A DNA stretch of 63,216 bases, filler included, from Sphacelaria rigidula (GCA_964200075.2; 6 parts of 6 records of this genome joined end to end with filler, not necessarily neighbours in it), one strand, 5' to 3'. Numbered from the whole stretch's first letter, positions 44,310-58,900 are shown. Notes: generated by a model not told the origin, from the letters alone. Numbers and translations are program-made.

Positions 44310-46652
44310 AAACACATGTGGGTAGGGATAAGAGGGATTATGGGAAACCAGGCAAGGAACATAGACAAGGGATAGCCACACTCCGGGTACGGAACGGTAA
44401 AATGGTCAGCAGTTCGAAGGGGAAGGGGGAAGTGGTAGTCAAGCACTGCCGTAAACTAGGAACAGCAAAAACTAACACGAAGTTCGACACGGAATTCGAA
44501 AAAGAGATCAACGAGTGGGCAGAAACAAATGTAGAGACGTCAAAACGGGAGGATAGTGGCTTGAAAGAATTGCATAGAGAATATAGTAGAGATGAAGTAA
44601 ATAAACTAAAGAACAAAAAGGCAGCAGGGGTAGACGGGATGGGGAATTAATTTCTGAAGCATGAGGGGGAAGGAATGGGTACCATGATGGCTGTGCTGTA
44701 TAACTGGATATAGGAAAACGAGTACACACCCAAGAGGTGGAGAGAAGGAGTAATTGTCAATTTTTTCAGAAAAGGAGGTTAGGCTGACCCAGGGAACTAT
44801 AGAAGGGTAACGCTACTGAGCACGGTAGGGAAAACATTCTGTAAGGTTCTGAACGATGGAGTAGGAACGGTGCTAGAAAAGGACAAAAAAATCAGCGAGG
44901 GACAAGCAGTTTTCAGACCAAACCGTAGTTGCGTAGATCATGTGTACACACTGGGTAACATTATTCAGGGTAAGAAAGACGCCGGGTTGACAACGTACTG
45001 TTTCTTTCTGGACGTGCAAAAGGCTTATAACACAGTATGGAGAAACGGGCTGTGGGAGAATTTGTAGGAAACTGGGATCAGAGGAAAGATGTGGAGAATG
45101 GTAAAGAAGATGACAGAATATGCCAAAAGTGCCATGATGCTAGACAGGGAAATATTGAATTATTTTGATATTTTACAAGGAGTTGTACAAGGATGTACGT
45201 TATCACCCACTTTATTCAAGGTATTCATCAATGACTTGATACTAGCAATAGAAGCAGAAAATCAAGGAGTCAAGGTGGGTGAAGATGTGATAACAGGTTT
45301 GATGTTCGCAGATGATTTTGTGGTAATTTCAGATACACCAGAAGGATTGCAACAGCAGATACACAAGGCACTAGAATACACCAGGAAATGGAGAGTGACA
45401 GCGAGTGTCAACAAATGCGCGGTATTCGTCTGTAACGAAGATAAGAAAAACCCGGTAAAATTCAAGTGGGGAGAAGAGGAACTGCCGATTGTAGACCAGT
45501 ATACATACCTTGAAGATATCTCAAAACATTGTTCTTGGGATGCACACATAAACAAAGCAAGAGAAAAGGGTAAGGCACAGATAGGTAGGTTGGACGTGAT
45601 TCTCAGAGACTCGCACCTAGACACTAGGATTCAGAGATGTTTCCTGGTGAGCGTGATCATACCAAAGCTGGAATATGCAGGAGAAGTATGGGAGATGAAC
45701 GTGAAAATGGTGAAGAAGTTAGAAACAGTACAGATAGTAGCAGCAAAGAAGATGCTTGGATGCTCGAAAACGACGAGTAATACAGCACTGAGAGAAGAGT
45801 TGGGAATGTACTCACTTGAAAAAAACAGAGACATGAGGAAATTAAGATGACAATATAGCTTGAAGAGCATGCAGAGAAAAAGACTGCCAGCTATACTGTA
45901 GTTGATAGGGCTGTATGGAAGAAAAATACGAAAGGGCATGCTATAAGGTGCGATAGAGAAGTCGAGAAAGTATGAAAGGAGATAGGCGGAAACATAGACG
46001 GAAAACTGTCCATAGGTGAAGGCGCGGGGTATAAGACAAGAGTAAGAGACATGATAGAAATAAGGAGGAAATGAGCGCTCAGACGTGAGGTAGACGAGGA
46101 AGAACACCTGAAGATATACGGGGGGTTGAGAGAGGGGATCGGAATGAAAATATATCTGCATGACCCCATGGACGCGGCGAAAACGTTGAAACTGCGACCT
46201 CGGGTGGGGGACCTGGACCTGCCAAAAAGAAGGAAGAAATATACCAGTAGTCGGGAGGAGGAGGAAGTAGATGGACAGAACTGCCCCTGTGGCGAAGGAA
46301 TAGAGAGCAGAAGTCATATAGTGGCAGAATATAAGCTATACAAGGAGGAATGGGACATGCTAGAGGGGGAAATGCGGGACGTGAACGAAGGGAGCATGAT
46401 ATCATTTTATGCATCAGACAGCAGCGAGAAAACGATGGCTATACTAGGAGAATGATGGTGGCCACAGACAGCGAAACAGGACGGGGATAAGATATGTAAA
46501 AGGTTTATGTGTAATGTATAGAGCGGAGCCGGAATGTTGAAGGTGTCTCTATGAGGAGTAGGAACGATGCTCTGCCTCGAAAGGGATGCGTGGTCAATGG
46601 TCAAACGACTAAGGCAAACAACAAATGAATACCCCCCCCCCCCCCCCCCCCC
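44310..46652 (+). mobile_element. 5'-truncated non-LTR retrotransposon (LINE): RT pseudogene, Cys/His C-terminus, oligo(C) end
   Basis: KAAGVDG, DPGNYRRVTLLS, QAVFRPNRSCVD, FLDVQKAYNTV, GVVQGCTLSPTLF, MFADD, YTYL; several stops; ends ...CAAATGAATA-C21. Confidence 0.95.
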
Positions 46653-47339
46653 GCCCATAATGAGATTGGCCGCGTGCATCGCTATTTCCGCCGGCGGTAT
46701 CACCAGTGGGGGTCGCACCGGTCGCTCACAAAAAGGGGGCGGGGGGAAGAAGCAGTGGATCTGTCCACCGCAGCCCAGCGTGCAGTTCCTCAAACACTTG
46801 CTCCTTCAGCCCGGTGACTTCTTTGCACCGCCTCGGCCGGCTTGCATGAACATCTGAGGGTTTTCAGGTTCCCGGACGTATCAACGTACTCGTGGTTTTA
46901 CAAGTAAACAACAATGTTGTCCCGCGTGAGCTCCACCACCCTTCTGCTCGCCGATTTTCTACCGCTGTTGTGATGGACCCTCCTCTCTGGCTCCACGCCC
47001 CATCCGCACCTGTTGAAGCCCACTGTGGGCATCCTGCCCCGAGAGCACCTCCCCAGTACTGGAAAATTGCGTCGGACTTACCCATGTGCTTCCTTCAGGC
47101 GTCCAAGTCTGGGCAGGAGTACGAAGTCATGTGCACATGTACCATGGTGATGCACAGGTGGATCTTGTTCACATACGACTCCGAGTCCTGGCGGGATGTG
47201 TTGAACAGAAGTCCCGTCGGGTGGCCTAGTACTTTCGTTCCCGTCCCTCAGATACACGATCGCGCTCAATACCCTGTCCACCAATATGTTCCGCGGGCTG
47301 CCGTTTATAATGCATTTGGCAGTGCCTTGCACCGCGTCG

Positions 47340-47480
47340 GAGCCCTGCGGCGTAACACAACCGGAGGATATAGCCAAGAGTATGAGTGCCCACTGATCAG
47401 TATCGCGTCGGAGTCCTGCGGCGTCATACATCCAAAAGGCATAGCCAGGAGTACAAGCATCCACTGATCAGCATCGGAGG
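47340..47480 (+). repeat. Degenerate ~71-bp tandem duplication
   Basis: gag.cctgcggcgt...atagcca.gagta...cactgatcag occurs twice. Confidence 0.7.
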
Positions 47481-48899
47481 AAGCCACGAGCCTCTTCTTC
47501 AAGTGTTCTCCAAACAACCTCCCGGAGTGGATGATGAAGTTAACTGCGGAGATCTCTCTCTCACCTACACCAGGTTCAGCTGCGCTGCGGATACTCCGAT
47601 CAGGCCCACTACCAAGAAATCACCACAGCAGATGAGATTGCGAGTCACGACTAGGAGGAGGGGGAGCGCCACACTTAGCAGATATTAGTCTCTCTCGCTG
47701 CCTGCGCATGTCACAAGATACGATGATGGAGTCGCCCGAACCCCCGCGCTGGCGCCAACCCCCGCGTGCGGCGGAGTCGTCGTCGTCGTAGGTGGCGGCG
47801 GCGGCAGCACCCCGCTTGGTCCCCCGTCTGTCACCGCAGCAGGATATATCCGCGGGGACACCCCTGCCAGACCTCTACCATCGGTACCTCCGCCCACCTC
47901 TCTCGCGTCATCGGCGGCATCGCCGCTCCCCCCCCCGCCCCCACCTGCCTGACGCAGCCGCTGAATTCGACCGGCGAGCCGCCGCCGTCGGCCTGCCGCC
48001 AACAGCACTCATGCCTTACGCCGCTACCCCCGTTTCCGCCGCCGCCACCCCTCCTGCTGGCGCGCCCATCACCACTGCCGTATTTCAGTGCCGGGACGCA
48101 CCCTCCACCCCACAGCCAAAAACACCGGCGCATCCCACCGCGTCTGGCATCGCTTCTGCCACTCTCCCACCCCTTCGTTCGCCTGCTACCGTCGCCGCCG
48201 CAGACTGCCGGGTGGGTCATGCAACCCTATCGCCGAGGAGACCCGTACCGGCAGCCACTTCCTTCCTACCTCGCCCGCTAGTAACCGCTGCGGCGCTGTA
48301 ACCCTGGACAGGTCCATCTTGCTCCTCATTGACAGCATTCACGCAGAGTGCCGTACCCGCCACAGACCCGCGCCCGCCGGTCGCCGTCGTCGTAGCTCAA
48401 CCCGCTTTCCCCTCCAACGTGCCCCCATTCTCTTGCCACAGTCGTTGGCGTGAAGCCGCTTCGGGCAGGCGACATTTTCACTCCCGTACTTGACGATCAA
48501 GAGCCCATTGCTGTTCTCGAGTAGAACTCACTCGAAAGTACCGGCGGCCAGGAAACTCCGCACATGTTTGTTGTTTTCCCGAAAAAAACTCTAGAAGCTT
48601 GACCCACAGGGAAGGGCCTTCGACGTGGGCTGGAACTTTGCGTCGTCCTTTGTACTTTATCCGTTCGCGAGTGATGCTGCGGTAGGGGTGCACAAATTCT
48701 TCCTGAGGCTATGATTGTTAGGAGCCCTTCATCTCATCCAAAGCACGACTTATGAAATATGTGAAAGTACGCCAGGATTACTCTTCCAATGTGCTAGGGA
48801 TATCCCGAATGAGTTTGCAAACGAAGATACCCTGATCCATATTCTTGTGCATCTAGAATCGTTAGGAGCCCCTGAACCAGACAAGATTTTGCGCAAAAA

Positions 48900-51625
48900 G
48901 TGAACTCCTACCGTAGCATTGCTCTCGCCCCCGTTGCTCATGGCCATCAACAATTCCCACGGTCTCGAGGTAGTCGCATGCAAGTACCAACAGCTCGATC
49001 CCGGCGCCGGTCCGTTCAGTACGCGCCTCAGACGTATGGTAGATCTCGATGCCGGATACCCGGAAACTATAACCGCCTGAGGAGGTTCCTGTTGCGCCTC
49101 CACGGCGTAGTTGGTGGCATGATATTGTGCTACGTAGGATGGATCCAGCTGTTCTGCATCATATCCCTTTTGTTGGACTGGTCTGAGGCTGAGCAGGCAA
49201 CAGGGCGGTACCGATTCTAACGGGCAAATGGGCAGCCTGAGGCAAGGATGGGCGCGCATCAGGGACACAGACCTCGACAGGTCTGCCCGTTCGGACTACT
49301 CACTGTGAGCACATTAAAAAAAGTCTAACATGAGTGCATCAACAGTTTCAATATTTTAGCAACGACAGACAGAGGCAAGCTGTCAGTTGCCTGCGGATGA
49401 GGGTGTGGGGGTGGTTGCGGTCGTTTCCCAGCGTTGTCGCTACCAGAGCACAGCTCGGTAGTACATATCCCTTTCACCTCCATTGGAATTCAGAGTAGTG
49501 GACCGTACGGTCGCTCCGAGCTTGATAAGTACTCCCCCACCTTCTTCTCCGCTCAAAAGGGATGAGTGGTCATTGGTCAGACAACAAAGGTGAGCAAAAA
49601 ATGAGTACGCCCCTCCGACCCCCCCGCCCTTCTCCTGGGAAATATTGGGTACCCTCACAAACCCTCGTCAAGTGGTAAGCAGCTCCTACGTATGCATGGT
49701 GTTATTGTGGGTTTTGGACCTCAGCGCCAAGTTCCTGCCTTGAATCTTCGTCGGTTTGCTTGTGATGTTCTTGGGTGGGATCGTATGTTCCCTGTGCGTT
49801 GTTACGCCCTTCTTGGTCTTATCGTCCAACAAGTAGCATGCGATATCATCGTCCAGATTTTTCTGCCGCACGTCGGAGCACGACAGAGCGGCCACTGCCT
49901 GCGGATCGCTGACCATTCGCCCGTTCAGCGCATGCAGGATTCCTTTTCCGGCCGGCGTACAGGCCGGAGTACTGTGTAGGCTCTGCTATACCTCGGTCAC
50001 GTGGGGTTGGCGCTTGAGGAACAACTCCGACGGTCATTACGCCCCTTCGCCACCTCCTCGGTTTCTGAAACTGCGCCATTAGCGGACGCGCCTGACATCT
50101 CTGAGGTACTGAACTGTGCAGTCGCCGTGCGTTCGTTGTGGGCGGGGGATTTAGCTCCTTTCGCGCTTCCGTGACCGGCGTGGCCCCCAGTGATTCCCCT
50201 CAGATTTTTCACCGATACTGCACGTTTCGTATGTATCGGTCGATATCTGCTCTTAACCGCGGATGTGGCATGTGTCGTACGGGATGGTGGTCGGAGTGGT
50301 GCAGGTGCTTCACTACCTCTCCGGAGGGGACGGTACAATGACAGATGGGTCCAATGTGTCAGCCGTCTCGTCTGTTTAGAACGGCGAACGTCGGATGCGG
50401 GGACTCATGCGAAGGTCTGTTATGGTCAAATCTAGGTGTCCTCGATTTCGTTCAAAGCCATAACCACCACCGGACACAAGAGAAAATGAGTCAGTTGCGT
50501 GTGGTCTTCAGTAGGTATAGCTTGCAGGGCAGTAATGCAACAGGGGACTCGTGGCGCTCTTACCTCGGGATTGATTGTGGTGCTGTATGTCATGTTCTGA
50601 CTGCCGTGGCCGACGTCTTGAGAAGGCACCCAGACATCGCATATCACGAGTGAGCCTTGGGGGTCCTCCGCATCTACCGTTAGGGAATGTGCCGGAGGGC
50701 GGGTGAGTGGAGGGTCAAAGCACGAATGATTATGATCCAGCGTGTCTTTTATCGTCCGGATCTCATGCTGTGCCATCCAATGGTAACGGTGTTGTGGTTT
50801 TCGCCGCCATATCGATGGTCGCGGCGTGCGACCGTGATACTGTAGTACCGCTCAAAGTCATAACACGAAATCAATGTCCATGTCAACTCCGTTCATCCCG
50901 TTTCACGTATAGGGTCGTTTGAACGGAGGGGCACGTTCCCAGCATACACTCCTTCTGCCAATAGCGGTACCAGCGGCGATGTGTACCTTCGTCCATGGAG
51001 GACGCAACACAGAATTATACGGAACCTACGACCGCCACATACGCCCTACAAGTGTAAATGGCGTTTCCTTGCAGTCGAGGCACTTCAGCACCAAGCTCCT
51101 GACGTCGTGGACTTTGCAATGCTCTGTACTGCAACTGCACTTGACTGCACTAAGTATTATTGTACCGTGCTGTACAGTTCTGGGATGTAATGTACTGCGC
51201 GGGGCTGTAGCGTACTCGGGTGTGCTGTACTGTTTGTACTACGTCAGGCACTCCAGAGCTTTCATGTACTGGATTGGAGAAAAATTTAAGCCTTTTCAAA
51301 CATCAGCCAACTCGTTTCATCTGTGGTGGGGATGTATTTCAGCGAATCTTTTTGCGACGGGATTTTTTTTCTCCTGAGATGATGAAACACTCCTCCGTGC
51401 TCTACCGGTGGCGTCACGCGAGCGCGGTGCTCTCCCATAACACCGGAGGCTTCAGGTTTCACGAGGGGGGGGGGAGGGGGGGGTGTCCACCCCAGGCCGC
51501 ACAGATTCTGTAAATACTCGTTGCAGACAGTACTATTACCGTTGCAATTCGCTAGAGGAACCGTATTTCTATTTGCCAATACCCCTCAACTGTCCTCACA
51601 TCCACTCCTGACACCAGAGTGATGC
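48900..51625 (-). mobile_element. Highly decayed LTR retrotransposon internal region with tRNA-Leu PBS
   Basis: TGGTGTCAGGAGTGGAT on minus at 51600-51616, 3 nt after ...CATCA; weak protease-like LLVLACDYLE near 48970-49000; interrupted by a family C repeat and a LINE tail. Confidence 0.45.
51600..51616 (-). promoter_or_regulatory. Primer-binding site complementary to the tRNA-Leu 3' end
   Basis: Matches canonical TGGTGTCAGGAGTGGGAT apart from one missing G. Confidence 0.7.
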
Positions 51626-51904
51626 CGTTTGGTCCGTTGCTTCATGTACTGCATGTGCGGATCCTCCGCGCGAAATCGGGATATTTGCCGTCATCCACCG
51701 TTCTCGCGGAGGTGTTTATAAGGTGGAGGCTTTTTAAAAGCTATACGCATATCTTTCCCCCAGCGAAACAATCAGAGGTTGGTATCTCCTGAATACCGTG
51801 AATAATGGCGATAGTAAGTGATGTACAGTGCCAGAATATTGAATGGGTACAGTACGGTAACCCCACCGCAGCAGGGGCCGAGGCAAGTTGTATGTGATCA
51901 CAGT

Positions 51905-52090
51905 GAAACCAAATAGTTGAGCACACTGGAACCACATAGTTTTTGGCCACCCTAGAACCATGCAGTTATTGACCACACTGGAACCGAGTAGTTACTTGAA
52001 ACGCTGAAACCAAGTGGTTGCTCAACACTCTGAAACCAAGTTGTCACTGAATACTCTTCAACCATGCAGTTGTTGACCACACTGGACTCA
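51905..52090 (+). repeat. Degenerate ~26-bp tandem repeat (GAAACCAAGTAGTTGAxCACACTG)
   Basis: About 7 imperfect units, probably within the LTR. Confidence 0.65.
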
Positions 52091-52764
52091 GAAAATGCAA
52101 TCGCAGAATAGGCTCAAGTGATACCATGGGTATGGATCACACGTCATGATTCGAAAGTGGATGATTGCGATCCCGACCTTGCACCATAGTGTTTTCGGAC
52201 TCCATACACTTCGTAAGCATAATGAAAATCGTAGCACCAAAGCCCTTCGGTTTGAGGTGATCACGCACTGGGCATCCCTAGGAGAGGATGACGTTGCTCA
52301 ATAATATTTGAGTGTGCCAACGGAGAAAAATAATGGGGTTTCTGCCCTACTACCACCAGGCGATCCTTAAAACGGGAACGGGATTTTTATACGGGAGCAA
52401 ACTAGGATCGAAATTGTGTATGATATTGAACCTAGTACCCGACAAAGTAGCCTTGAAGGTAACCCTTAACGTGTTTCAGGGTCAACAGCATTTACAGTTT
52501 TGACCTCTGTTCGTTTTCATAATAGGAGAACCTCGTCCCCATTTTCAGGATCGCCTGTTTACTTTCCCCTCATTCTCGACATCCTCTAAGGCGCGCGCGG
52601 AGGGGGGGGGAGTGTACTCATGATCATGCATGCCATAGTCATCAGACCATTGACCTCGCATCCCNNNNNNNNNNNNNNNNNNNNNNNNNNNNNNNNNNNN
52701 NNNNNNNNTTAATTAATTAANNNNNNNNNNNNNNNNNNNNNNNNNNNNNNNNNNNNNNNNNNNN

Positions 52765-53310
52765 CGTCCCGGCTTTGCTAGGGGCGAACCCCCGATGGGG
52801 TTGGCGTCGGTTGGCGATAGCGCTATAAAACACGCCACTCACTGCGTAAGCTAGGCAACCAGGTTACCGATTTTTTGTGCGCGCTTGCGTTTTTTTTTCG
52901 CGGTATCCATGATGGTAGTCCAGCTAAATCATGTGGTACGGCGTGGGAGAACCTCAGCTCCGCACAAAGGGAATGATCGTACCACGTAGTGTTGAAATCG
53001 TGAGACACCCATAAGGCAGTGTGTAAGCCGTGGCTGCCTCAAGAAGTGACTATATCAGAGAATGTAGCAACTCATTGTAGGCTGGCATCCGTAATCAAGA
53101 TTATCAGTAGGCTTCGGGCCGAACATTCTTGGCAGGATGCAGCTCACCCTTCGTGCGACTCGCTGAACACCACGGCGCTTCGCGCTGGTGATTGAGTGCG
53201 AGCCTGGTCCGGCGAAAACCTGGTGTGTCCCGCCCGGCTTTGCAGGGACCCGAGGTCAACGATCTTGTGACTATGGAATGCATGATCATGAGTACACCCC
53301 CCCCCCCTCC
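52765..53310 (+). mobile_element. Family B retroposon
   Basis: Homology; ends CATGAGTACA-C11. Confidence 0.85.
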
Positions 53311-54299
53311 TGGCGCTGTAACACAAGCCACCAGAACGTAGGCATAAGATGTACAGACTCTCACCGTATATATACCAGAGACCGTCACCAGACAAAAGAA
53401 TTCCCCGGACAAATAGACACACTCGACACGCAACAACCTGAACAACCGATTTTGTCTCCCACAGTAGGACACGAACTGGATATAGATATTACACAAAAAA
53501 AAAACTCCTTTTTGTTTTGACTCCTTCCCTTTTATTCTTCTGTTTTCTTCACCTTTCTTCTTATTTTCCTTTTCCTTTTTCCTCTTTTCTATACTGTTTT
53601 TTGTTTCTGCTTGTTCTGGTTTTTCCCGCTACCAAAACACAGCCCGGACATAGACATGGGATGACGAAGCTCACCACTTTTTTCTGTGACCTACCAGAGC
53701 ATAGCCCGGACATAGACATGGAATAACGAAGTTAATCGTCTTTTCTCGCATGAACCAGAACACAGCCCGGATATGCCGCGCCCCGGTGGTGTAATGGTCC
53801 GCCTGTTGCCATTAGGGTGGGGAGAACGACGGATCGACTCCCGATACGTTGGGAGTTTTCTTCGTAGTGTTTGATTTCCACCGTGGAGAGCGTGAGAGCG
53901 TAAGTAAGCAAAGTAGTCGACTGAGTTTGTTTGACGTGAGTTGACGCGATGCGGGAGTGCTGATGGTCATGATCCAATCCGCGAAACCAAAATGCAACGC
54001 GTATACCGGGAGAGATGGGTTGATCGCTTGTGACCACGGACTCATCCCGAGGAAGGGGAGGGGTTCAAAGAGCGACAAACAAGGAAATAGTAAAAATAAA
54101 GACAAACAGCCCGGACATTGACATGAAATAGCGAGAAACACAGTTCTGTTTCCCCATATCAAAACGGAAAGCAACCGAGATTCTTCTCCCCATATCATGA
54201 CAAAAGTGAGTCATGAAATAAAACCAAAACCCAGACCTGTAAGTAATAGCGTGAAGGTTGGCCATCTTCCGTGCAAATCGAAAATGCAAGAGATATTAC

Positions 54300-57200
54300 A
54301 AGTACAGATAATGTGGGGTCACCCCGACATGTTGAATTCACATGGAGGTTGGGTCTCGTGGTGAGATACCCGTAAAACGTTTCCGGTTTCCATTGGCCGA
54401 CGGGAACCTGGTAAGATATTTTCCTGAAATTCCCGAGATCGGATGCACAGGCATCCAATGAAGGGAATGGGTATATAATGCATGACATAAACGTCGAGAC
54501 CTATCTCACACATGACACAAACATCTTACCAATGACCGACCACATGACATATAAGAAGGAGCACCAAGCGGTGTGTAAACTTCTTGAGATCTTGGAGGAT
54601 AGAAGCTGGCACGAAGTGTGGGAATCGCTGGCCAAGCTTTCGGCAGCGAAGATTTAGTCGGGAGCATTGGTAGAGTAGCGACCCATGGTGAACCGTACAT
54701 GGAGTGGGAGGAAGTGATCGTGTACGGGACATCCCGATGTGTGAAGAAGATCTTGTGTTACGCAAGTCATCCTTGAAAATTACACGATTGGAATGACCTC
54801 CTCGGCGGAAAGTAACCAGTACAGCAGTGGGGCAACAAGATAGAAGATGCGATCGTGGGACGCCTTCACGGTTCACCATGCAAATCGCCTACTGTGGTAT
54901 GCGGGGGGGGTACTGTAGTACGTGGGGGAGGGTCAGGACTCGAAGCTTCTACCTACACGATAACTTGTTGTATGGTACAAAAGTTGGTGCGGATACATCT
55001 TCAGTACATATTATGCTTAAAACGGTTAACAGTCCGTCAGTGGACTGTGCGCTAACGATTCGCTGAGCATCTGTCCGTTTTCGGTTCTTGGTATGTTTGG
55101 AATGGTACATACCCATGCACAACCCATTTCGTAGCTTGATCCTGTGCGAGTCAAAACTAGAAAGCAAGTGCGAGCACAGACAGCGCGAAACATGTGCAAG
55201 AAGGCCGGATGTTCCCCACTAATATGGCGGAATCCACGCCACTGCGAGCCACATTATTCTTGATATTTTTGGTGCAATATTGGCGATGGTCTGATTTCTC
55301 GCGACTGATCTTTCTATCTGCTCAGGGTAGCTTGTGTCGTGCGACGGAACCAAGGGGCGTATTGTACTGTACACTAGGCGAAAGAAGCACACGCATTAGT
55401 AGAAAAACCGACTGGTACCGTTCTTCAAAATATCAACTCATGAGTGCGCCTAGAAGTGTAGATTTATTCTTTCCGTGAGAGAGGGGGCGAGAATACAGAA
55501 GGGGGCTAGGTGTATACAATCATAACTTCGAACCCATCGGGACCTCTTGACCGCGATGATGAAATGATCTATGTATGATCGACGACGCAGTTTTGCCTTG
55601 TTATCTCTACCTGCCATCAACCCTTTTGGGATCGGGCCTCCAGAACGACCAATGAGGCTGGTCAGGAATGATGTGTCTGGCGTCTGCACGAAACAGTGGC
55701 GTGTTGCTGAAAATCCGCATATGTAACCGCAGGGTTATGACAAAGGCCGACAGTTCCAATCCATGTTCAGGTGCAGGGTGCGCAGTAGGTGGTGTACATC
55801 TAATCTAGTAAGCAGTATGTGTCGTGGTCAAGAGCTTCCAACAGGATGCGACGACCGGTGGGCCGCCCGCCACTTGTGGCTTTGAATGATACTTTTGTCC
55901 CCATCACCTTGCCACACAGCCCTTTGTGGTCGGGGTGAGCCGCCATTCCCCACCTTGTTGCATGCGGCAAATTCTCTTCGAACGGTATCAGCGTTGCGGC
56001 GCGCATGCATATAACAGTATATTACAGTGCAGTCTAGTACGCCTCTCCAACTGAAGCAGCAGCTGCCGCTGCATACTCCCTTGCACGTTCTGGGCAATTA
56101 TCAGCTACCAAAATCAGCTGCCTATATACAGCTTTGTCATCCCCGTCCACAACATACATGTGGACTGCACACTGCATGTCATCCGCAGAGGGATACGCAG
56201 AATTGATGACAGTAGCTCCTTTTGTCTTTCCACAGCCCACCTGGATTTTGTACCTCGTAAAAATGACCACATGGTGGCATGTACACTCCTTCCCGATTTT
56301 TCCCGGCCCACCCGGTGTTATTGTAAATTACTACGTTTGAGTATGGAAGTGAGACTCAAAGAACATTCAGGAACAACTCGGGAACGGTATACTGAGTGCA
56401 AGTGATACCATAAAACCAAGCCGCGATCATCCTGCACTTGGAAACCTGTAGAGCCTTATCTGGGCCAGGGATAGGGCCCCCACAAGATCTTTGCAGTGGC
56501 ATCACACTCGACAACAATCCCTTCGCTGGTCGTTCGGGTCTGGTCGATAATTTTCGCCTCGCCGTGATTGGGCAGGTCGCTCGAAGACTTATTTTTAATT
56601 ATTTCACTAACACAGGGTCAACCTTGTGTTAGTGGGGTCCGGCCCCATAAGGGTTGATCGATTCAACACGTTGTACATATTGCGCGACGATGTCTCGGCC
56701 GAGCGATCCAAGAACAATGGCCGAGTAACATCCGCAGCGAAATGGAACATGACTCACGGACGTGGCGACCATAGATAATCCAAGGGAAAAAAGTTGTATG
56801 CCGGAGCCACGAACAATAGTGGGCCTCGTTTATCTGCCGCTGGGATTCACACAACAGTTATGACAAGATCAAAGCCAAGCAACCACCCTACCAGTACCAT
56901 AAAACCAATTCGGCACTTTTGTTTTTGAGTGTCACAGTCGCGACTTCCATCGCGGCTAGAGAACCAACGGGTGTCTATGGCGGAGGACATAATGAAAAGC
57001 AAGGATACCGGGAAGGCGCCATTGGACACAGCGAGTAACACGGCAAGGGTGATGGTATACCGTCTGCACGTATAGTTGCAGCTTCGTCAGGTGAGAAGGA
57101 TGACCACATGGAGTCGGGAAGGCCATAGATCTTTGAGGATTGGAGCCGCTGCTCCTCGGGTAGCGTGTGCGCGAGGATGATCGTGAGTACCAACAACACA

Positions 57201-58900
57201 GAAGCAAATCGTGGCACTGTATGCAGAAATCGTGCGCGAGAATGTATAGACCTTGTACCTGTTTGAGAGACGATACCTACGACTTGAACGCCATGTGATC
57301 GACTCTCCGTTGTTTTAGCTCTTGTATCGCAAAATTCGATATGGATGTCGACGATCGAAAGGAACAACCGGACCCTCGTTACGACAAAATATGAGGCAAG
57401 GACCGCGGAAAGAAGGTGGAGGGCTGAAACAAACAAGAACCTCCTGGGTGATCCCGGCTGGTGTGCCCACATACACCGAAAGGTGTAGGTGACCAGGATA
57501 AATCGGATGACAAGCCACACATACGTAACGATATATATATTTCACGAGCTGGGCAGGCCTACACACGGATCTGCACGTAGATCTGGATGCAGCGGCTTAG
57601 CTTTGAGGACTGTACTCTGCTACCCGGTACGATATCCCAGAGGCATTACGAAAACAACGTTTTTGAATCACGTTGACTTTTTTTTATGGGTCAAGTGCGA
57701 AACACAGGATGCTTCTTTCCCAAAAACGTGCTGAAGTCATGGGACTTGTTTTTTACCCCAAATGATTGTGTTCGCGATGCTCCTATGATGCACCGTACCA
57801 AGTTTCGAAGCACACCTCTCAAAACTGAGCTGCTAAATCCTGGCTCAGCGCACTTTGTGCCTGTTCCCAGAGTATCCTGAATAAAGACTGGGATCTTTTG
57901 CGCGCTATACATGTCGAAAGGAATGACGAATCAAATCATGGTAAAGGTATCGATCATTTTACCCGTGCCCCAAAAAACGTCCACACCAAGAAGTACCATC
58001 ATCCACTGATCATATTTTTCGAGGTTTGATATCCATTCTATTGTCAAGATATCTCAGCACGTCACGGGATTCATCCGACATGGCGTTTGATCAACGAGAA
58101 AGTATTTGACCGGACGGTTGCGTGGAATGGCATATTTTCCTTGTTTAGACGATTCACCCTTTTGGAACCGATGATGGAAAAGTGACGATTCACAATCGAC
58201 GTTTCTTCTGCAAGATGTGTTTGTTTTTTTGCAGGTTTGATGATGTAGCCTACCAAAACGGTGCACCACTCCCGGTTCAAGTATACTAATGTGACAGATT
58301 CGTGCACCGAACTCGAAGTGACATTTTCCCGCGGTGACGAAAGCTCCCATATGGGAGTGTGTAAATCGTTACTTTTCCATCAACGGTTCCAAAAGGGTTG
58401 ACGAGATGTGTGGATCACCGCTCAATTCGTCTGAGTCGATGAGATAATGACTGTAACACAGTTCGAATCTGTTTTCAGGCTGGCCAAGCTCGTAAAACAA
58501 CCCGGCGGAGACACCCCAACATGCTGCTGACGTAAGCGTCGCAAGTGAACTGGAATGTGATGTTGCTGTATCTGCAAATACCTGCTGACCCGGGGAAACG
58601 ATTCTTCCTTCTATCTCCGAGATACTGGTATCGCCCAGCCGTGGTGGCGCTTTGGCGCTCAACTTTTTTTTCGGAAGTTCCCGTGGTGGTTACTTCGACG
58701 TTTTCGTTCGAATGTTCGGCATCATTTGTTTGCCAGACGTACTGTCAGCGTGTCATTGCAACGAGGGACGCTAAGTTCAATACCTCACACTTCGGGACAG
58801 CCACGGCTACAACATCCAGCAGCAAGAGTTGGTTCTACTCTCGCTCCGCAGTATCTGCGCAGTGATCTGGGCAATATCTGCGCATTGATGAGTCGTTCCA
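54300..58900 (-). pseudogene. Decayed Mutator-like transposase
   Basis: Ordered fragments IEGRIVS (~58610), SAIDTRWFSSRDG (~56960), AKIIDQ..CC.C (~56520), HMYVVDGDDKAVYRQL (~56140; DGD motif), QWKPETFYG (~54380); recognised by eye. Confidence 0.4.

Noticed and set aside
45631-46317. 228-aa hydrophobic minus-strand ORF
   Set aside because: Antisense shadow of the purine-rich LINE ORF2.
47685-48453. Pro/Ala-rich ORFs as a host gene
   Set aside because: GC-rich low-complexity sequence open in several frames, with no domain or convincing splice model.
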